Source of the DNA: Octopus sinensis
Lineage: Eukaryota
Reading direction: 5' to 3'
DNA: 64,000 nt
Assembly (NCBI RefSeq): GCF_006345805.1
Contig: NC_043010.1
Location: 65,844,001-65,908,000, forward strand
Shown here piece after piece: positions 52,901-60,200 of the stretch. The translations under genes were made by a program, and so were the position numbers. Position 1 is the stretch's first letter, and each line of letters begins with the position of its first letter. Below the pieces are notes generated by a model, which worked only from the letters and a program-made list of their open reading frames with translations, ran no database searches and was not told the DNA's origin.

Positions 52901-55900
52901 TTACTACTACTATTACTACTGCTGCTGTTGTTGTTGTTGGTGTTGGCTGTGTAAATGTCCCTTTTTCTTTCTCTCACCTCACAGATCATGTTCACTTGGA
53001 GGGCCTACTCTGCTATCCATGCCTACAAGAAATCTGAGACCAGAAGCTGGGTGGCCACAGTTCAAACTACACTGGAGCAACGTAAGTAGGGTTACCATAC
53101 AGCAGACTGTATGGACGTGGGGTGGGAGAGTGAGAGGGGAAAAAGTCTGAGAGAGAGAGAGAGAGAGCGTGCATGTGTGTGTGTGTGCAGTGTGCATGCA
53201 AGAGAATTTGTGTGTGTGTGTGTTAGGTGTGTTTTAGTTTTTATGTCTCCCTTTTCAGGAAAGTAGTGGTGAACAGTCAACAGCGTTGGAGAGCATAACA
53301 ACCAAAGTTATAGTTGAGAAGAATTTTTCTGAGATGGAGGACTGGAAGCCCTCTGAATATTAGAGAAGAGCTATCCATATCATGATGATTCATGCTGGAT
53401 ATCAAAATGCCAAACATCATGACTGCTGCTCAGTGCTCTGTGAGCCCTGTAAGGGCTTTAAGACATGACCTGGACCGCTGTAACAAAGACTACAAAGCCA
53501 TGGCCAGCAGTGAGGGTGATGTCATGCCACCCCACATCTTTGAACAGGGTCCCAGGCTCAATTCAGACACCTTTGTGAAGCTGCTGGAGACTAGAGAAAC
53601 CCTAGGTGGAGAGGATTGCTGCTAGAAAGATTGCTGCTAGAAGGATTGCTGCTAGAAGGATTACTACTAGAAAGATTGCTGCTAGAAGGATTACTGCTAG
53701 AAGGATTACTACTAGAAGGATTACTACTAGAAAGATTGCTGCTAGAAGGATTGCTGCTAGAAGGATTACTACTAGAAGGATTACTACTAGAAGGATTACT
53801 ACTAGAAGGATTACTGCTAGAAGGATTGCTGCTAGAAGGATTGCTGCTAGAAGGATTACTACTAGAAGGATTGCTACTAGTAGGATTGCTGCTAGAAAGA
53901 TTTCTGCTTGAAAGATTGCTGCTAGAAGGATTGCTGCTAGAAAGATTTCTGCTTGAAAGATTGCTGCTAGAAGGATTACTGCTAGGATTGCTACTTGCCA
54001 TATCTCAGAAAGACTCAGAAGTGGTGGTCAGAGAATTTCTATGACTTCACCAGCCCCAATTACTGTCCTCCTAATTCCACCAATTGTAACCCCATGGATT
54101 ACTATGTGTCGGGTGCAGTAAACAAAGACACCCAGTGCCCTTGCTTGCAACACATGGTTGAGCTGGTGACCAAGGTCAAGGAGGTGATTGAAGATCTTTC
54201 CAGGGACACAGTGAGCAACACATGCACCAGGTTCCAAGGCCATCTTGAGCCGATATTGGAAGCTGAGGGCAGCTACTTTGATAAACTGTTATCTCTCAAC
54301 AACAATGTAAATCAATGGTATCCCAACCATTTTTTCCTATGGACCTTTTTAATTCTTATTTTACACTGGTGGACCCCCATAACCATTCAGTGTTTTAAAA
54401 ATCCTATTTTTATTAGTAAATAATTTTTTGGAATTGTATTAAAAAAAACTTTAAATATTTTGTGAAATGTCGAAGTGTAAGTTATTTACTACTCATAAAT
54501 TTTAACAAAAAATCTTATATGGAGCCCTAAGGGCCATATGAACCCCCCCCCCAAGGGTCATGTGGACCTTGGTTTGGAACCACTAAATCTTTTATATTTT
54601 TTTAAGATACTTTTATTTTGGAATAAGATATTGTGTATTTGCTTTTATGCAAACTGTCAAATGGTACCCAAACATCCTGTATATATATATATATATATAG
54701 AAACACTGCCAGATCAGACTGGGCCTGATGCAGCCTTCTGGCTTCACAGACCCCAGTTGAACCGTCCAACCCATGCTAGCATGGAAAACGGATGCTAAAT
54801 GATGATGATATATATATATATATTGATAGAAATGGTAAGACAGCAAAAGAATGAAAGAGACCTCGATATTATGTAAATTGAGGAATTTATCTGTATTTAT
54901 TAAAAATATAATTTTCAATATATTTGGTAGCCATGATAAAACTCCAAGTTTCGGATATCAGGGCGGAAACCCTCACCAGCATCTCTTCAGTTATTGGGCC
55001 ATCGATAGCATTTTATCTGATGGCCCGATAATTGAAGAGATAGCGGCATGGGTTTCAACCCCGACATCCGAGACTTGGAGTTTTATCATGGCTACCAAAT
55101 AATTGTCACATATCATATTTACAGATATATATATATATTTAATTTATAGTTTAGGACAATCAATAAGTTGTCATAATAGTACTCGGGGTTTCAAATGCCG
55201 GAGCTAAGAGCTGCAATGCATTCTCATTGGCTATTATTATTATTATTATTATATTATTATTATTATTATTATTACACACACACACATATATATGTTTATT
55301 TATTCAGGTCGTTTGTGGCGAATGTACAATGTGTGGCAAACCCAATACCAAAAGTCGTTGCTGGGTCATCTCCAGTGGCAAACAGCAATTGTGCATCACC
55401 GAAGAAAACTTCTATCCAAAGCTTTTGCCACCTGGACTCATTGGGTTGTCAACAACTACAAGAAGAAGGTCAGTATGTTACTTTGCTACTCCTTTAGGTG
55501 GTTGGTAGGTTGGGAAGAAAGGCACTACCTGGAAGCCTTTACATAGTTTATTTGACCTACTGTTGTTAGCAGCCAAATTACCCTCAGATTACACCATACA
55601 CACTCACGCGCACACACACATACAGGTTGTCTGTCGGCCAGGGGTTGGAGAATGGCTTTAAAACAAGGAGGTTTACATTAGATAATGTAGTTTAAGATAC
55701 AGTGCTGACCTCGCTAATGTTGCTGGACTAAAAAGTATTCCCAGTGTACTCTGTAAAGTGGTCGGCATAAGAAAGGGCTTCCAGTTGTAGAAACTTTGCC
55801 ACATCATTAGAATCTGAAATATGTGAGATAATCCAGGATTAATTCCAAACATTGTGAATAAATAAGCATTGTATTTGAAGGCTTAATCTAAACGTTAAAG

Positions 55901-57252
55901 GGTTAAACATTGGAAGGTCAGTGCAGGTAGAATCCTGATTGTAGTCCTACTCATTTTAAGCTGACCTGGGGTTAAAGAACACCCATTTCTTTACTACCCA
56001 CAAGGGGCTAAACACAGAGGGGACAAACAAGGACAGACAAACGGATTAAGTCAATTAGATCGACCCCAGTGCGTAACTGGTACTTAATTTATCGACCCCG
56101 AAAGGATGAAAGGCAAAGTTGACCTCGGCGGAATTTGAACTCAGAACGTAAAAGCAGTTCGCCCGGCGTGCTAACGTTTCTGCCAGCTCACCGCCTAAAG
56201 AACACCAGCTTCTTTACCACACAGGCATGCCTGCACTTACTTTAAACCTATACAACCCACATGTTGATTAAAAGACCAATTATTGCCTTTAGTTTCTGTC
56301 TTGTAAATGCTCAAGGGCTGATATCTGTGTTGCAGCTTCTGAAGATGCAGGCTGACTGGTTCAACCAGACACGGATCACAATCACTGCCTTTGCTGTGTG
56401 GCAGCAACAACTGGAGCTGTCCCGTGTGGAAAACCAAAAGACATACATTGCACTCTGGCACTGGAGTACAACACTGCAACGTAAGGTAAGAGTATTGCAC
56501 TGACTTTTATTCTTTTACTTTGTTTCAGTCGTTATTTCTGTGGCCATGCTGGGACAGCACCACCCTGGAAAGTTCAGCTGATGAAATCAACCTTCGTACT
56601 TATTTTGAGTCTGGTATTTACTCTATGAATTTTTTTGGGGGGCTGAACTGTTAAATTACAGGTTGTAAACAAACCAACACTGTTTGTCAAGCAATGGAAG
56701 ACAAACACAAAGATTCATACATTCATCCATCCAGACCGAGACCCCTGAGATATGCTGTGACTGTGAAGCCCCGACAAATGAAGCAAGTTCATGGTTCGCA
56801 GGACAGCCTTCTGTGCTAACCTTGGATCGTAGAGGGACCCGCTGTGCTTGAAGAGACCTGTTGAGTCAAGTACATCAACATCAAAATAAAAATCAAATGG
56901 AAACTGTAGTTAAGACACCCGTGCCGGTGACACTTAAAAAGCACCGTCCCAACGTGGCCGATGCCAGTGCCGCCTGACTAGCGTCCATGTCGGTGACATG
57001 TAAAAGTACCAACCGTTTGTGGCCGTTTGCCAGCCTCATCTGGCCCCTGTGCTGGTGGCACGTAAAAAGCAACCACTACACTTACGGAGTGGTTGGCATT
57101 AGGAAGGGCATCCAGCTCTAGAAACACTGCCAAATTAGACTAGTGCAGCCTCCATGGCTTACCAGACCCTGGTCGAACCGTCCAACCCATGCTAGCATGG
57201 AAAACGGACGTTAAACGATGATGATGATGATGAATTATATATTCATTCATTC

Positions 57253-57285
<33 letters not shown>

Positions 57286-60200
57286 GTCATCATCATCTTA
57301 ACATTCACTTTCCAAACTTGCATGGATCGGATGGAATTTGTTGTGGCAGATTTTCTATGGCCAGATATCCTTCCTGCCACCAATTCTCATCTGTTTCCAT
57401 ACAAAGTATTGTTTCCCCATAATCAATAAAATTTTTCCGTGAGGATTAGAAGCAAACAACACCGCTTGTAAGACAGTGACTCCCATTTTACGACTATTAA
57501 GCAATGTCAAGTCAATGTAACTCACACACATACATATATCACCATCCTCATCATCATCAACTTTTAACATCCATATTCCATGCTGGCATGGGTTTTACAT
57601 ATATATATAAGCTTGGGTTTCAGGGGACCACAGCTCTTCAATATCCTTCCTAAATGCCTAAGAGACCTGCATGGTGTGAATGTGGGGTTTTTTTAAAACT
57701 AAACTGGATCTCTTCTTGTCAAGGGTTCCAGATGAACCTACCTCTCGGCAGAAACACAGATGCGGGCAGTGGCGTCGAACTCCCTTGTTGACCAAGTGCC
57801 ACATATCAGAGGTAGTGTAGCTCATTCATCGGTGGTGCCCCAGCATGGCCACAGCTTTTGGGCTGGAACATTTTTAAGGATTTAAGGATATATACATATA
57901 TATATTTGCTTTTATATAAGAGTTTCTGTAAGTTTCCTTCTACTAATTCTGCTCACACACACACAACATATATATACATAATGTGTATGATTACTTTTTG
58001 CAGGTTTTCAGAGGATGGAAGGAGTTTGTGTGTGACAGTTTGCGGAAGAAGTCCCGTATACAAGCTGCTTGTGAGAGCCGTCGGCAACGTCTACTACGAC
58101 AAGGATTACAAAAATGGTTGGCTACTGCGGATCAGTTGGGTCGCTGGAGAAGAAGTTTTGCCCAGGCACAGCAGACACAGGTTTGTTATCACTGCCAAGA
58201 GGAAACACCTTCAGTTTGTGTCTTAACGCTTCAACTAATCTAGAAATTAATCCAGGTTGGGGGAGGATCATGAGTCCCAGCTTCTTTATTTATATAGGCA
58301 CACAGTTCATTTTTATAACAAGGTACATGGCTTAATGGTTAGGGTATTCAGCTTATGATCATAAGGTCATGAATTCAATTCCCAGTGATGCATTGAGTCC
58401 TTGAGCAAGGCACTTTAGTTCACGTTGCTCCAGTCCACTCAGCTGGCAAAAACAAGAGAAAAGAAAGGGTAGTGTTGTATAACATGGCATTGTATTGTGT
58501 AATACATTGTAATGCAGTAAGTGTTATGTACAGAGGTATAATGGACTGTTGTATAGTATAGGGTAATGTAACAGAGGTGAAGGTGCATGACTTAGTGGTT
58601 TGGGTTTTACCTCACAATTGCAAGGTCGTGAGTTCAATTCCCAGCAGAGTATTGTATCCTTGAGCAAGACACTTTATTTTTCCACATTTCTCCGGTCCAC
58701 TCAGCTGGCAAAAATGAGCTGTACCTGTAATTTAAAGGGCCAGCCTTGTCACACTCTGTGTCACACTGAATCTCCCTGAGAACTACGTTAAGTGTACACG
58801 TGTCTGTGGAGTGCTCAGCCACTTGCATGTTCATTTCACAAGCAGGCTTTTCCATTGATCAGCTCATCTGGAACCAACGGAGTGCCACTTATAACAAGGG
58901 AGAGACATAGTAATTTCACATGGCCCCACTATATTCCTAGCACCTCTTTTATTGACTCCAAAGTTCAGAGACTACTCAGATCAGCTCTACCATTCATTCC
59001 TCCAAGATCAGAAAAAATTAAACACCAATCAAGTTCTAGGGTCAGTTTAATTCATTAACCCCCTTCTCCCATCCCCAAATTCTCAACCTTTTACTTCTGT
59101 TAGAAACAATAATTATTACTATTGTCGTCGTCATCATATTTCTTTCTCGTTGCAGGAAGCCCTTTCCACATTCTGCCTTGCACAGAAGTTTGCTTTGCGC
59201 TGGAAACTGTATGTTAAAAGGCGCCAGAAGTTGCAATGTGACAGTGACTCAAGACCACATTCGTCTCATCCCTTGTGCTTACCCAAACTCCAGAATATTC
59301 CAAACGCCCCACGACACAGTGGAATTTCCTCATCCAAAGACTCAACAATCAATCATGGAAGCTGGAGGTAATATCCTGTTTCTCTATACAAATCATCTTT
59401 ATCGCCATCAGTTTTGCATTTTCAAGCTCAGAGCTGAGAAAAGTAATAAGGAGGATGCAGGAGGTAGTCAAAAAAACCAGCTTCTATATATGGCTGAAGC
59501 GAGAAGACCCAAAATGGCTTGAATGCCATAACATGCTGACTGGGAAATAGCATCACTAGGTGAGGCTGGCTGACACTTAAGCAGCATCGTTGATTGACAG
59601 GTGGGCCAAGATAGTGGTCTCATTTATAGTGCACCCTCCTCCCGGTTCGAAGGCTTGTACCACCATACAGCTGGTCAGCTCTAGCTACTTGAACTGAAAC
59701 TAACACGACACTGTTGGAAGGCAAATTTAGAGAGGGTGCAGGTAAAACTATATGCCCTTCTCCTCTATTGGTCAGTTGAAGCTTGGACAGTGTCATGTGA
59801 CAGCTGGTGCTGGCTGCTGGAGCCTACTGGCGAGTATTTAAAGGCAAATTTGGCAGGATGGTCAGTCACCTGCTGACATTCGTTGATGTTGCATCGAAGA
59901 AACCAAAGAACGAAAGAGAAAAAGGTGAAAGAAGAAACGCACTCAACACCAGAGCTGAAGACACCTCCAAAAGGGGGTGGGGCCCTGCCATGTCGAAAAC
60001 AGTAGAGAAGTAGGTGCTGAAACCGGACGTGGTTCCTCCTGATGAAGTCTTTAGCTACTGGATCCTATAAAGGAGCTGTTGTGGTAGCGAATCACGAAAC
60101 GTGGTTGGAATTCCCCATCTGTTTTCTATGCTGGCATGGGTCGGACAGTTTGACAGGAGTTGGCAAGCCAGAGAGCTGCACCATGCTCCTGTTGCCTGTT

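Noticed and set aside
53591-54044. Repetitive ORFs (SSSNP)n, (RRIAA)n, (LLLEG)n as real proteins
   Set aside because: They are a by-product of a stop-free 15-bp minisatellite in a dead transposon within an intron.
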